A stretch of DNA of 64,000 bases from Pirellulales bacterium (GCA_035550375.1 DASZPH010000071.1:12253-76252), one strand, 5' to 3'; numbered from the stretch's first letter, positions 27,323 through 36,823 are shown. Numbers and translations are program-made. Notes: generated from the sequence alone by a model not told the origin.

Positions 27323-29416
27323 ATGAAGACTTCCACGCCTGCCACGCGCCACGCTTTCCGCACGGCCCGCTGGATCAGCCTGGCCGCTTTCGCGCTGGCG
27401 CGGCTGACCGCACCCGCCGGCGCACACGACGAGCACGAGGCCCTGCCGAGCAAAGGGGCGGCGGTCTACAAGAACATGGTCCTGCTCACCCCGCAGGCCG
27501 AGAAGGCGATCGGGCTTAAGAAGGCCAAGGTCGAGCTCGACACCTGGCGAGAAGAGATCGTCGTCAACGCCAACGTCGACGTGCCGTGTACGCGGCACGC
27601 GTATGCCGCCTCGCTCGTGACGGGCAGGATCGAAGAACTGCTCGCCCGGCCGGGCGACGAGGTGCGGCAAGGCCAGGTCCTAGCGCGGGTCAAAAGTCTG
27701 GAGTTGGAGACGCTCGAATCGCAACTCTTGCAGGCTTCCGCCGCACACGACCTGGCGGCGCGCGTGCTCGACCAGCGCGAGACGCTTTTCGCCAGCAGGG
27801 CCCTGCCGGAAAAGGACCTTTTTATGGCCCGCGCGACGCACCGCGAGAAGACCGCCGAACTGGCGCTCGTTACCGCCAAGCTCCGCGCCGTCGGCCTGTC
27901 GAGCGACACGCTGGCCGAGGTCTTGAGAACGAAGAAGCCCGTCGGATCGCTGCCGATCGTCAGCCCGATCGACGGAGCCGTTTCGCTGGCGGACGCCCGC
28001 GTGGGGCAGACCGTCGAGCCGGTTGACCATGTGTTTCACCTCGTCGACCGCTCGGCGCTGGCCATCGTCGGCGAAGTGCTGGAGAGCGACGTCTGGCGGG
28101 TGCGCGAGGGAATGCCCGCGAAGATCGTCCTCGCCAGCTTCCCCGAAGCGCCGCTCGTGGACAAGATCGAGCACGTCGGGCTGAAGCTCAACGCCCAGGA
28201 GCGGACGATGCACGCTCGCGTCGAGATGGCCAACCCCGACGGCCGCATCCGTCCGGGGATGTTCGGCCGGATGCACATCGAGGTGGCCCGGAAACCCGAG
28301 GCGGTCGTCTGCCCCGCCGACGCGCTGATCTTTCACGCCGGCGCGCGGTACGTGCTGCGCGAGCAGGGGAGGAACCACGGAAAATACGTGCTCACCAGGG
28401 TGAGCGTGGGCGCCCGCGACGACGGCCGGGTTGAAGTTATTGAGGGCCTGTTCCCCGGCCAACGGGTCATCACCACGGGCACGATCGAGCTGACCGCCCT
28501 GCTGAACGACGCCTTTACAATCGCCGACGCTCAGGCCAAGGCCAGACTGGACGCCGGGCGGGCTGTCGTCTCAAGCTCGGGCGGGCAGCCGGCGACCGGC
28601 GGCCGGCAGGTCATCATCGTGCCGGGGCGCGTCGAAGCGGCGACAAGCCGCAAGCAGTTCGCCGCCTCGACCGTCGCCGGACGGCTGGCGAACATTCTCG
28701 TGGAGCGCGGCGCGCGGGTTCGACGCGGCGACGTGCTGGCCGAGATCGACAGCCTGCAACTGCGCAACCTGCAGCTCGACCTGCTCTCGGCGCGGGTGCG
28801 GCTGGAACTGACGCGACAGCAACTCGATCGCTTGAAGATGCTGACCGAGGAACGGCTCGTGAACCGCACCCGCATCTGGGAGCTGGAGGCGGACGAACGG
28901 TCGCTGCAAAACAAGCTGGCGACGCTCGCCAGCCAACTCGCTTTGATGGGGCTGGAAGCGAACGAAATCGACCGTCTGAATGGCATCGATCTCGAACGGG
29001 CCGACGTCTACGAGCAAATCACGACCCTGCTCCCGGTGCGCGCGCCGGCCGACGGCTGGGTGGTCGACTTCGAGTTGGGACTGGGAGAAGTTGTTCATCC
29101 CCAGGAGCGGCTGTTTGAGTTGCAGGACCTTTCGCGCGTCTGGGTTCAGGCCTACGTGCGCGAAGGCGACGCCGGCCGCGTACGCCAGGGGCAAGCCGTG
29201 ACCGTCACCGTCGCGGGCGATCCGTCGTTTCGCGCCGAAGGAACCATCGTGCGCACCAGCCCGGAGGTTTCGACCATCGACCGTGTGCTGGCCGTGTGGG
29301 CTGAGCTGGACAACTCGCAGTTGCGATTGCGCGAAGGGATGCTGGCCACGATCGCGCTGCAAGTCGACGAAACCATGCAGGAAGCGAGCAACACCGCCGC
29401 AAGACGCCATAGGTAG
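27323..29416 (+). CDS. Efflux RND periplasmic adaptor (membrane fusion protein), tandem two-module fusion
   Basis: The ATG at 27323 (MKTSTPATRHAFRTARWISLAAFALARLTAPAGA) avoids overlap with the lipoprotein gene. Module 1 has lipoyl halves GRIEELLARPGDEVRQGQVLARV / SPIDGAVSLADARVGQTV around a coiled coil, then a beta-barrel and a membrane-proximal domain (RVEVIEGLFPGQRVITTG). The linker is SSSGGQPATGG. Module 2 has GRLANILVERGARVRRGDVLAEI / APADGWVVDFELGLGEVV around a second coiled coil, plus a beta-barrel. Confidence 0.85.
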   Translation: MKTSTPATRHAFRTARWISLAAFALARLTAPAGAHDEHEALPSKGAAVYKNMVLLTPQAEKAIGLKKAKVELDTWREEIVVNANVDVPCTRHAYAASLVTGRIEELLARPGDEVRQGQVLARVKSLELETLESQLLQASAAHDLAARVLDQRETLFASRALPEKDLFMARATHREKTAELALVTAKLRAVGLSSDTLAEVLRTKKPVGSLPIVSPIDGAVSLADARVGQTVEPVDHVFHLVDRSALAIVGEVLESDVWRVREGMPAKIVLASFPEAPLVDKIEHVGLKLNAQERTMHARVEMANPDGRIRPGMFGRMHIEVARKPEAVVCPADALIFHAGARYVLREQGRNHGKYVLTRVSVGARDDGRVEVIEGLFPGQRVITTGTIELTALLNDAFTIADAQAKARLDAGRAVVSSSGGQPATGGRQVIIVPGRVEAATSRKQFAASTVAGRLANILVERGARVRRGDVLAEIDSLQLRNLQLDLLSARVRLELTRQQLDRLKMLTEERLVNRTRIWELEADERSLQNKLATLASQLALMGLEANEIDRLNGIDLERADVYEQITTLLPVRAPADGWVVDFELGLGEVVHPQERLFELQDLSRVWVQAYVREGDAGRVRQGQAVTVTVAGDPSFRAEGTIVRTSPEVSTIDRVLAVWAELDNSQLRLREGMLATIALQVDETMQEASNTAARRHR

Positions 29417-29484
29417 CCCCGGCGCTCCGTGGCGAGAGACGGTCCCAACGCGACCGCCTTCTCTGTCGTGGGCGTCGAAGCCGC

Positions 29485-32400
29485 TTGATCGAACAGACTT
29501 TATCCGACCGCGAGTTTACCGTGTTCAACGCTCTCATCGCCTTTTCGCTCCAAAACCGCTCGGGCGTGCTGGTGGTGGCGGCCGTGCTGCTGGTCTTCGG
29601 CGGCTACCAGGCGTCCCAACTGCCCGTCGACGTCTTCCCGGACCTCAACCGGCCGACCGTCACGATCATGACCGAGGCGCATGGCCTGGCACCGGAAGAG
29701 GTCGAAACGCTGGTCACATTCCCGATCGAGTCGGTGATGAACGGGGCCACGAACGTCCAGCGAGTGCGGTCGGCGTCGGCCGTGGGCCTGTCGATCGTGT
29801 GGGTCGAGTTCGACTGGGGGACGGACATCTACACCGACCGCCAGATCGTGCTGGAGAAGCTGCAACTCGCCCGCAGCCGGCTTCCCGACTCGGTCACCCC
29901 GCTGATGACGCCGATCGCCTCGATCATGGGCGAGATCATGATCATCGGCGTCCGCTCCACCGGCGACACCACTCCCATCGAGTTGCGCACCCTGGCGGAT
30001 TGGACCATCCGCCCGCGCATCCTCGCGGTCCACGGCGTGGCCCAGGTGGCCGTGATGGGTGGCGAACTGAAACAGTACCAGGTGCTCACGTCGCCGACCC
30101 GGCTGGCCGAGTATGGCGTCACGCTCGACGAGTTGACCAAGGCGGTCGAGCAAGCCAACGCCGTCTCGGGAGGCGGGTTTTTGCTCTCGCGCCAGCGCGA
30201 GTCGCTCATTCGCATCGTCGGCCGGGCAACGAGCCTGGAGGACCTTGAGAAGACGGTGGTCGTCGATCGAAACTCCGTGCCGGTCACCGTCCGACAAGTG
30301 GCCGACGTGCGGCTGGGCGGCCCGGTGGCCCGCGGCGACGGCAGCGTTCAGGCTCTCCCATCGGTGATCCTCACGATCCAGAAGCAGCCCAAGGCCGACA
30401 CGCTCGTCCTCGACCGGCAGATCGAGGAAACCGTCGAGGAGATGCGCAAGACCCTGCCGGCCGATGTGGTGATCGACACCCACGTCTTCCGCCAGGCCAG
30501 TTTTATTGAGGCCGCCATTCGCAACGTCGTGGAGGCGATTCGCGACGGGGCGATCTGGGTGGTCGTGATCCTGTTTCTGTTTCTTTGGAACCTGCGCACC
30601 AGCGTCATCACGCTGGTCGCCATTCCGCTGTCGATCGTCATCACGGCCCTGATTTTTCGCGCCTTCGGCGTGACGATCAACACCATGACGCTCGGCGGCC
30701 TGGCGGTGGCCATCGGCGAACTCGTCGACGACTCCATCGTCGACATCGAGAACATCTACCGGCGGCTCAAGGAAAACCGCCAGAAGCCGGAGCCGGAGCA
30801 CCCCCTGCGGGTGATTTTTCGCGCCTCGGCCGAGGTGCGCAACAGCATCGTTTTTGCCACGCTGATCGTGGTGCTGGTCGTGCTGCCGTTGTTCTGGCTG
30901 TCGGGTCTGGAAGGCCGGCTCTTTGCTCCTCTGGGCCTGTCGTACCTCGTGACCCTGCTGGCCTCGCTCGTCGTTTCGCTCACGGTCACCCCGGCGTTGG
31001 CCGCCTACGTGCTGCCCAACGCGTCGTTTCTGGAGCACGCCCACGACCCGCTCGTCGTGCGGGGGCTGAAATGGATCGATACGCGGCTCCTGCACTTTAC
31101 GCTTCGGCATTCCTACGTCGTGTTGTCGGCGGTCGCCTTGTTGGTGACGCTCAGCGTGGCGTCGATCTACTGGATGGGCGGCGAATTCATGCCCGACTTC
31201 AACGAAGGCACGCTTACGATCGAGGCCAGCACGCCCCCCGCGGTCAGCCTAGAGGAATCCAACCGCGTCGGCACGCTCATCGAGAAAATGCTGCTGGAAG
31301 TGCCTGAGGTCACCAACGTCTCCCGGCGCACCGGACGCGCGGAGCTCGACGAACATGCCGAGCCGGTGAGCCACTCGGAGTTTGACGTGGGACTCCTGGC
31401 GCCCGAAATCCCCAAGCCCGGCTTGTGGTACGCCGTGGTGCGGGCGGTACCCGGCCTGCACCGTTTTGGCGTCGATCGACAGGGGCGCTCGCGCGAAGAA
31501 ATCTTGGCCGATATCCGCGATCGAATTACCGAAATGCCCGGCGTGGCCGTGAACATCGGCCAACCGATCTCGCACCGCCTGGAGCACATGGTCTCCGGCA
31601 TCCGGGCCCAGATCGCGGTCAAGGTGTTCGGCGCCGATCTCGACGTGCTCCGCGAAAAGGCCCGGGCTGTCGAGCAGTTGATGGCCGAAGTGCCCGGCGT
31701 CACCGACCTCTATGTCGAGCAGCAGGTGGAGATTCCGCAGGTGCGCGTGACGGTCAAGCGCGACGAGGCCCTGCGCTACGGCCTGACTCCGGCGGAGGTT
31801 GCCCATGCCCTGGAAACGGCTTTCCAGGGCCGCACTGTGTCGCAGATTCTAGAGGGGCAACGACTGTTCGACCTGGTGGTCTGGTTCGATCCCGCGGCCA
31901 GGCACGACATCGGATTGATTCGCTCGACGCCGCTCAGCATTCCGTCCGGAGGACGGGTGGCGCTGGGTACCGTCGCCGAGGTGGCGGAAACGACGGGCCC
32001 GAACACCATCAATCGCGAGAACATCGTCCGGCGGATCGTGGTGCAGTGCAATGTGGCGGGGCGCGACCTGACCGGCGTATTCAACGACATTCGCCGCGAG
32101 GTCAGCGAAAAAGTCGTCCCCACGCTGCCGACCGGCTACTTCATTCAATACGGCGGCGAGTTCGAGAACCAGCGCCAGGCGCAAACTCAGCTTACGGTGC
32201 TGAGCCTTTTTTCGGCCTTCGGCATCTACTGCCTGCTCGTCAAATGTCTCGGCTCTTGGCGCGGAGCCGTGCAGGTGATGGCCAATATCCCGCTGGCGGC
32301 GATCGGCTCGGTGGCGGCGCTTTTGCTCACCAACTGGCCCTCGGCCGAGGCTTTGTCGCAGGCCGCCTGGTGGGAGTGGCCGCGCGTCTGGATCTCTTCC

Positions 32401-32784
32401 ACGACCCTTTCGCTGGCCCACTGGGTCGGCTTCATCACGCTGGTGGGCATCGTCTGCCGAAACGGCATCATGATGATCTCGCACTACATCCACCTGATGC
32501 GCTACGAAGGAGAGCAATTCAGCGAGCAGATGATCATCCGCGGCAGCCTGGAGCGGTTGGCGCCCGTACTGATGACCGCGGCGACGGCGATTATCGGCCT
32601 GGTGCCGCTGGCCCTGGGGGCCGGTCAGACGGGCAAGGAGATTCTCCATCCGCTGGCCGTGGTCGTGATCGGCGGTCTGATCAGCTCAACCTTACTTGAC
32701 CAGGTCGTCACACCCGCCCTGTTCTACAAATTCGGCCGGAAGGTGTACGAGCACGGGCTCGAAGAAGAAGCGGTTGCGTTGTGA
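29485..32784 (+). CDS. Heavy-metal efflux RND transporter, CusA/CzcA family
   Basis: 1099 aa. N-terminus FNALIAFSLQNRSGVLVVAAVLLVFGGYQASQLPVDVFPDLNRPTVTIMTEAHGLAPEEVETLVTFPIE. TM4 region TLGGLAVAIGELVDDSIVDIENIYRRL. Twelve-TM architecture with two large periplasmic loops. The start is TTG at 29485 or GTG at 29521. Confidence 0.92.
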   Translation: MIEQTLSDREFTVFNALIAFSLQNRSGVLVVAAVLLVFGGYQASQLPVDVFPDLNRPTVTIMTEAHGLAPEEVETLVTFPIESVMNGATNVQRVRSASAVGLSIVWVEFDWGTDIYTDRQIVLEKLQLARSRLPDSVTPLMTPIASIMGEIMIIGVRSTGDTTPIELRTLADWTIRPRILAVHGVAQVAVMGGELKQYQVLTSPTRLAEYGVTLDELTKAVEQANAVSGGGFLLSRQRESLIRIVGRATSLEDLEKTVVVDRNSVPVTVRQVADVRLGGPVARGDGSVQALPSVILTIQKQPKADTLVLDRQIEETVEEMRKTLPADVVIDTHVFRQASFIEAAIRNVVEAIRDGAIWVVVILFLFLWNLRTSVITLVAIPLSIVITALIFRAFGVTINTMTLGGLAVAIGELVDDSIVDIENIYRRLKENRQKPEPEHPLRVIFRASAEVRNSIVFATLIVVLVVLPLFWLSGLEGRLFAPLGLSYLVTLLASLVVSLTVTPALAAYVLPNASFLEHAHDPLVVRGLKWIDTRLLHFTLRHSYVVLSAVALLVTLSVASIYWMGGEFMPDFNEGTLTIEASTPPAVSLEESNRVGTLIEKMLLEVPEVTNVSRRTGRAELDEHAEPVSHSEFDVGLLAPEIPKPGLWYAVVRAVPGLHRFGVDRQGRSREEILADIRDRITEMPGVAVNIGQPISHRLEHMVSGIRAQIAVKVFGADLDVLREKARAVEQLMAEVPGVTDLYVEQQVEIPQVRVTVKRDEALRYGLTPAEVAHALETAFQGRTVSQILEGQRLFDLVVWFDPAARHDIGLIRSTPLSIPSGGRVALGTVAEVAETTGPNTINRENIVRRIVVQCNVAGRDLTGVFNDIRREVSEKVVPTLPTGYFIQYGGEFENQRQAQTQLTVLSLFSAFGIYCLLVKCLGSWRGAVQVMANIPLAAIGSVAALLLTNWPSAEALSQAAWWEWPRVWISSTTLSLAHWVGFITLVGIVCRNGIMMISHYIHLMRYEGEQFSEQMIIRGSLERLAPVLMTAATAIIGLVPLALGAGQTGKEILHPLAVVVIGGLISSTLLDQVVTPALFYKFGRKVYEHGLEEEAVAL

Positions 32785-32848
32785 AAATGGCTTTTCGGCC
32801 TGTAAAAGCGACTAGGCGGACGGAAAAACACCTTCCTATTTTACCAAA

Positions 32849-32874
32849 AGGAAAACTGGGAAGACGGGAAAGAC
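32849..32874 (+). repeat. Three tandem 8-9-nt direct repeats (AGGAAAAC / TGGGAAGAC / GGGAAAGAC) in the czcA-to-lipoprotein spacer
   Basis: Read directly at 32849-32856, 32857-32865 and 32866-32874. A fourth GGAAAAAC lies at 32822-32829. The context is AT-richer, about 115 nt upstream of the ATG at 32990. Confidence 0.5.
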
Positions 32875-32989
32875 TTTTCTCACCGCAGCGATTTTCTCGA
32901 TCGTAGCGGTTATTCGCTCCGATAAAGCCTGCATGGGTTGGCTTGGATGTTCCCCCACCTCAACTACGACCTTTGCAGGAGTTCGAGCG

Positions 32990-33463
32990 ATGAGATTTGC
33001 CATCTCGGCGTGTTTCGCCGTTGCGTTGTTGGCCGGGAACACCGGCTGCTGCGGTCCCATATTCTGTCGCCCCTTGTTCCCCTTGCTCCACCGGCATTGC
33101 TGCAGCGATGATTGCGGTGGAATGGGGTGCCAGCGGGCGAACATCTTCAACTGGTCGCGCTGCTGCGATACGTGCGATCATTGCGGCGATTGGACCGGCC
33201 AGGGAATCATCGCTCGCACCCAAGGTTCGGAGCAAGCCTACACGGCCGGCCGATACCGGGGCCGTCCGACGATGTCCAGCCGCGTCGTTCCGGGCACCTA
33301 TCGCGAAACGACGCGCATGCAGCCTTCTGACGCGCAAGTGGCCGACGAAGAAGTCATCGAAGAAGAGCCCGCGCAGTTGGCCGAAGCGCCGCGCGTGAAG
33401 CGAGTGCGCTCCTACAAGCCACGTTCGCGGAATCAGCTCGTGCGAGCCGAGCAGGTCGATTGA
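32990..33463 (+). CDS. Cys-rich lipoprotein (hypothetical; candidate metal-binding)
   Basis: The ATG at 32990 is preceded by AGGAG. Lipobox MRFAISACFAVALLAGNTGC, then CGPIFCRPLFPLLHRHCCSDDCGGMGCQRANIFNWSRCCDTCDHCGDW (13 further Cys), with a polar tail. A strong terminator follows. Confidence 0.65.
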   Translation: MRFAISACFAVALLAGNTGCCGPIFCRPLFPLLHRHCCSDDCGGMGCQRANIFNWSRCCDTCDHCGDWTGQGIIARTQGSEQAYTAGRYRGRPTMSSRVVPGTYRETTRMQPSDAQVADEEVIEEEPAQLAEAPRVKRVRSYKPRSRNQLVRAEQVD

Positions 33464-33527
33464 TCCGCCTGATAAAACCGGCGCCGAGGTGGCGGCTGGC
33501 CAATCATAGTGGTTTGCGTAAACTGAA

Positions 33528-33560
33528 AGTCCCCCGCCGCTCGTGGCGGGGGACTTTTTT
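33528..33560 (+). terminator. Rho-independent terminator
   Basis: A perfect 11-bp stem, AGTCCCCCGCC (33528-33538) / GGCGGGGGACT (33545-33555), with a 6-nt loop, followed by TTTTT (33556-33560). It lies 65 nt after the stop at 33463. Confidence 0.85.
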
Positions 33561-33615
33561 GTTGGCAGGTCACTCGTTGGCGGCCGGCGGGCAAACGCGC
33601 CGGCATGAACTCACT

Positions 33616-35310
33616 ATGGCCAAAAGCGGCGCCCAGGCGCTCCTCGACATGCTGGCCGACTCCGGCGTGCGCTATCTCTTCGGCAACCCCGGCACCACCG
33701 AGCTGCCGCTGGTCGACGCCCTGTCCACCGACCACCGCATCCAGTATGTGCTGGGGTTGCAGGAAGTTCCGGTGGTGGCCACGGCCGACGGCTACGCCCA
33801 GGCCTCGCGCAAGCTGGGCGTGATCAACCTGCACATCAGTTGCGGGTTGGGCAACGGCATGGGCATGCTTTACAACGCCTACCGCGCCGGAACTCCGCTT
33901 TTGGTCACCGCCGGGCAACAAGACCGCCGGCTGAAATTCGAGGAGCCAATCCTCTGGTCCGACATGGTTTCGGTGGCCCGGCCCTGGACCAAATGGGCGG
34001 CCGAGATCGAGCGCGTGGCCGATCTGCCCACTGCCGTGCGGCGGGCCATCCAGACCGCGCTGACGCCCCCGACCGGGCCCGTTTTCCTCTCGCTGCCCAT
34101 CGACTTGCAGATGGAGATGGCCGAGCTCGATCTGACCCCGGGGCCCCCTCTCGACGCGCGCGTTCGTCCGCCCGTCGAGGCCCTACGCCGCGCGGCAAAG
34201 CTGCTGGCCGAGGCGAAGAACCCGGCCATTCTCTCCGGCAGCCGGGTCGTCGAGGCGGACGCCGTCGCCCAAGTGGTGTCCCTCGCTGACCGGCTGGGCG
34301 CTCCGGTCTTCACCGAATCGGGTACGACCCACGGCCGGCTCGGCTTTCCCGCCGACCACGACCTGTACGGCCAGGCGCTGCCGCTTTGGGCGCCGGAGGT
34401 CCGCGACCGTCTGGCCGAGTTCGACGTGATTCTCGTCGTCGGGATGGACCTGCTGCGGCTCTACGTCTATTTCGAGCCGGCCCGGGCGATTCCCGAGCAT
34501 GTTCGCCTGATCCACCTCGATCAAGACGCCTGGCAGATCGGCAAGAATTACCCGACCGAGGTCGGCCTGATCAGCGATCCCCAAGCCGGCCTGACCGAAC
34601 TTGAAAACCTGCTGGCGGCAACCATGACCGGCGAAGCCGCCCAAGCGGCAGCTCGTCGCGGCCACGCGCGGCGGGCGGCACGCCGCGCGCGGCGGCAAGA
34701 GCTGAGGGAGCGTGCCGAGAAAGAGGCCGGCCAACGCCCCCTGACACCGCTGGGCTTCATGTCGGCGCTGGCGAGGATCCTCCCCGACGACGTGGCGGTC
34801 ATCGAAGAGGCGGTGACGACGACCAACACCTACTTCGAGCGACTGGGCGTTTTGCGGAACACGACGGGCTATTTTGCCCACCGGGGCTGGGCCCTGGGGT
34901 GGGGGCTGGGTTGCGCTTTAGGCGTCAAGCTCGCCTGGCCGCAGCGCCCCGTGTTGGCCTTGCTGGGTGAAGGAGCGGCCATGTACGGCATCCAAGGTCT
35001 CTGGACCGCCGCCCGATACCGCATTCCCGTGACGTTCGTTGTGCCCAACAACGCCCAATACCAGATTTTGAAGGTCGGCGCCAAACAGCTTCAGTTGCCC
35101 ACGGCTCTGCGGGACGAGATGCAGGGCTGCGACCTCAACCAGCCCGAAATCGACCTCGTCGGACTGGCCCGATCGCTGGGCGTGGAGGCGCATCGGATCA
35201 CCGAGCCGGACGAACTCGCGGACCGCGTTGCCGAATCGCTCGCGGGCGACACGCCGCGGTTGTTCGACGTCCCCATCCAGCGCACGGCCCCGGGGACGCT
35301 GAGCTACTAA
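33616..35310 (+). CDS. Thiamine-diphosphate-dependent enzyme (benzoylformate decarboxylase / acetolactate synthase large-subunit family)
   Basis: The ATG at 33616 gives MAKSGAQALLDMLADSGVRYLFGNPGTTELPLVDAL (the TPP N-terminal PYR domain with catalytic Glu in GTTE). The C-terminal PP domain has GEGAAMYGIQGLWTAARYRIPVTFVVPNN. Confidence 0.85.
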   Translation: MAKSGAQALLDMLADSGVRYLFGNPGTTELPLVDALSTDHRIQYVLGLQEVPVVATADGYAQASRKLGVINLHISCGLGNGMGMLYNAYRAGTPLLVTAGQQDRRLKFEEPILWSDMVSVARPWTKWAAEIERVADLPTAVRRAIQTALTPPTGPVFLSLPIDLQMEMAELDLTPGPPLDARVRPPVEALRRAAKLLAEAKNPAILSGSRVVEADAVAQVVSLADRLGAPVFTESGTTHGRLGFPADHDLYGQALPLWAPEVRDRLAEFDVILVVGMDLLRLYVYFEPARAIPEHVRLIHLDQDAWQIGKNYPTEVGLISDPQAGLTELENLLAATMTGEAAQAAARRGHARRAARRARRQELRERAEKEAGQRPLTPLGFMSALARILPDDVAVIEEAVTTTNTYFERLGVLRNTTGYFAHRGWALGWGLGCALGVKLAWPQRPVLALLGEGAAMYGIQGLWTAARYRIPVTFVVPNNAQYQILKVGAKQLQLPTALRDEMQGCDLNQPEIDLVGLARSLGVEAHRITEPDELADRVAESLAGDTPRLFDVPIQRTAPGTLSY

Positions 35311-35434
35311 CCGAGCGACCAGACAAGCACCCCTCCGACCATCCAGCAACAAATCTGTACGGCGGCGGCATTCTGTGCTTCAATAAGGGTCCCGCCTGAA
35401 TTCTCCCTCCATAAACGGGCCCGGAGCACGGTTG

Positions 35435-36823
35435 ATGTCGTCATCGCGACGCGAGATTTTGGATACGACGCGCCTTTCACGCCGCGGCGCTCTTCAGATC
35501 GGCGCGTCGGGGACGCTGGGCGTTGGGCTCTCTGACCTGTTTGCCGGTCGGGCACGGGCCGCCGCTTCGCCGACCGGGGGGGCGCGCCGCCCCAAATCGG
35601 TCATCATCGTGTTTCTTACCGGCGCCGCGAGCCACCACGATACGTTCGACATGAAGCCGGAGGCCCCGGCTGAGGTGCGCGGCGAGTTTCGAGCGATCGA
35701 CACGTCGGTTGCGGGAATCCAGATCTGCGAGCACCTGCCGCAGCTCGCGGCCAGGGCCCACCAGTTTGCCCTGGTGCGGTCGATGACGCACGGCGACAAC
35801 AACCACCTGATGTCGACGCACCACCTGCTTACCGGGCACTTTCAGCCGGGCGCGTTTTTCGACAAGATCGCTTCTCGTGACGACTGGCCCTCGTACGCCG
35901 GGGCCTGCGACTACTTCAAACCGCGGCGCGACGGCGTGCCCACCGGCGTCAACCTGCCCACCTTCCTCTTCGACGGCCGTCTCACCTGGCCGGGCCAGCA
36001 CGCCGGCTTTCTCGGTCCTCGGCACGACCCCTGGCAGATCACGGGCGACCCGAACAGGGCCGACTTCCGCGTCGACGCCCTGCAGCTTGCGCAGGGCATC
36101 GAAATCGGCCGGCTCGAATCTCGCCAGTCGCTTTTGACGGAGTTGAACGAACGTCGCGACGCCCTGACCGAGGCGGCCGAGTGCCGGCGTCTTTCAGACG
36201 AGCAGCGGCTGGCGTTTTCGGTGCTCACCTCCAGCAAGTTGACGCGGGCCTTCGAACTCGACCGGGAGCCGGCCGAGGTGCGAGACCGGTACGGGCGGCA
36301 CATGTACGGCCAGTCGCTCTTGCTCGCCCGCCGGCTGGTGCAGGTCGGGGTGCCGATCGTGCAGGCCAACATGGGAGGGGTGCAGAGTTGGGATCACCAC
36401 CAGAACATCTTCCCGACGCTCAAGCGCATGCTGCCGCCGCTCGACCGAGGCGTGGCGGCGCTGCTCGACGACTTGAGCTCGCTGGGGCTGCTCGACGAGA
36501 CGCTGGTCGTGATGTTCGGCGAGTTCGGCCGCACGCCGAAGATCAACACGCCGCCAGGAGGTAGTTCGCCCGGTCGCGACCATTGGGGTCCGTGCTTTAG
36601 TGCGCTCTTCGCCGGCGCGGGCGTGCGCGGCGGGCAGGTCTTGGGCAAGTCCGACAAGATCGGCGCCTACCCGCTTTCGGCTCCCTATTTGCCCGACGAC
36701 CTGGGCGCCACCGTGCTGACGCTGCTTGGCATCGACCCGACCTGGGAGATTCGTGATCGCCAGGACCGCCCCTTCCAATTGAACCGCGGCACGGTGATGC
36801 AGCCGCTCTTTACAGGCGCCTAG
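35435..36823 (+). CDS. DUF1501 domain protein (sulfatase-like, Tat signal)
   Basis: MSSSRREILDTTRLSRRGALQIGASG, VIIVFLTGAASHHDTFDMKPE, GEFGRTPKIN...GRDHWGP. It is a paralog of the gene at 13614..15071. Confidence 0.85.
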   Translation: MSSSRREILDTTRLSRRGALQIGASGTLGVGLSDLFAGRARAAASPTGGARRPKSVIIVFLTGAASHHDTFDMKPEAPAEVRGEFRAIDTSVAGIQICEHLPQLAARAHQFALVRSMTHGDNNHLMSTHHLLTGHFQPGAFFDKIASRDDWPSYAGACDYFKPRRDGVPTGVNLPTFLFDGRLTWPGQHAGFLGPRHDPWQITGDPNRADFRVDALQLAQGIEIGRLESRQSLLTELNERRDALTEAAECRRLSDEQRLAFSVLTSSKLTRAFELDREPAEVRDRYGRHMYGQSLLLARRLVQVGVPIVQANMGGVQSWDHHQNIFPTLKRMLPPLDRGVAALLDDLSSLGLLDETLVVMFGEFGRTPKINTPPGGSSPGRDHWGPCFSALFAGAGVRGGQVLGKSDKIGAYPLSAPYLPDDLGATVLTLLGIDPTWEIRDRQDRPFQLNRGTVMQPLFTGA

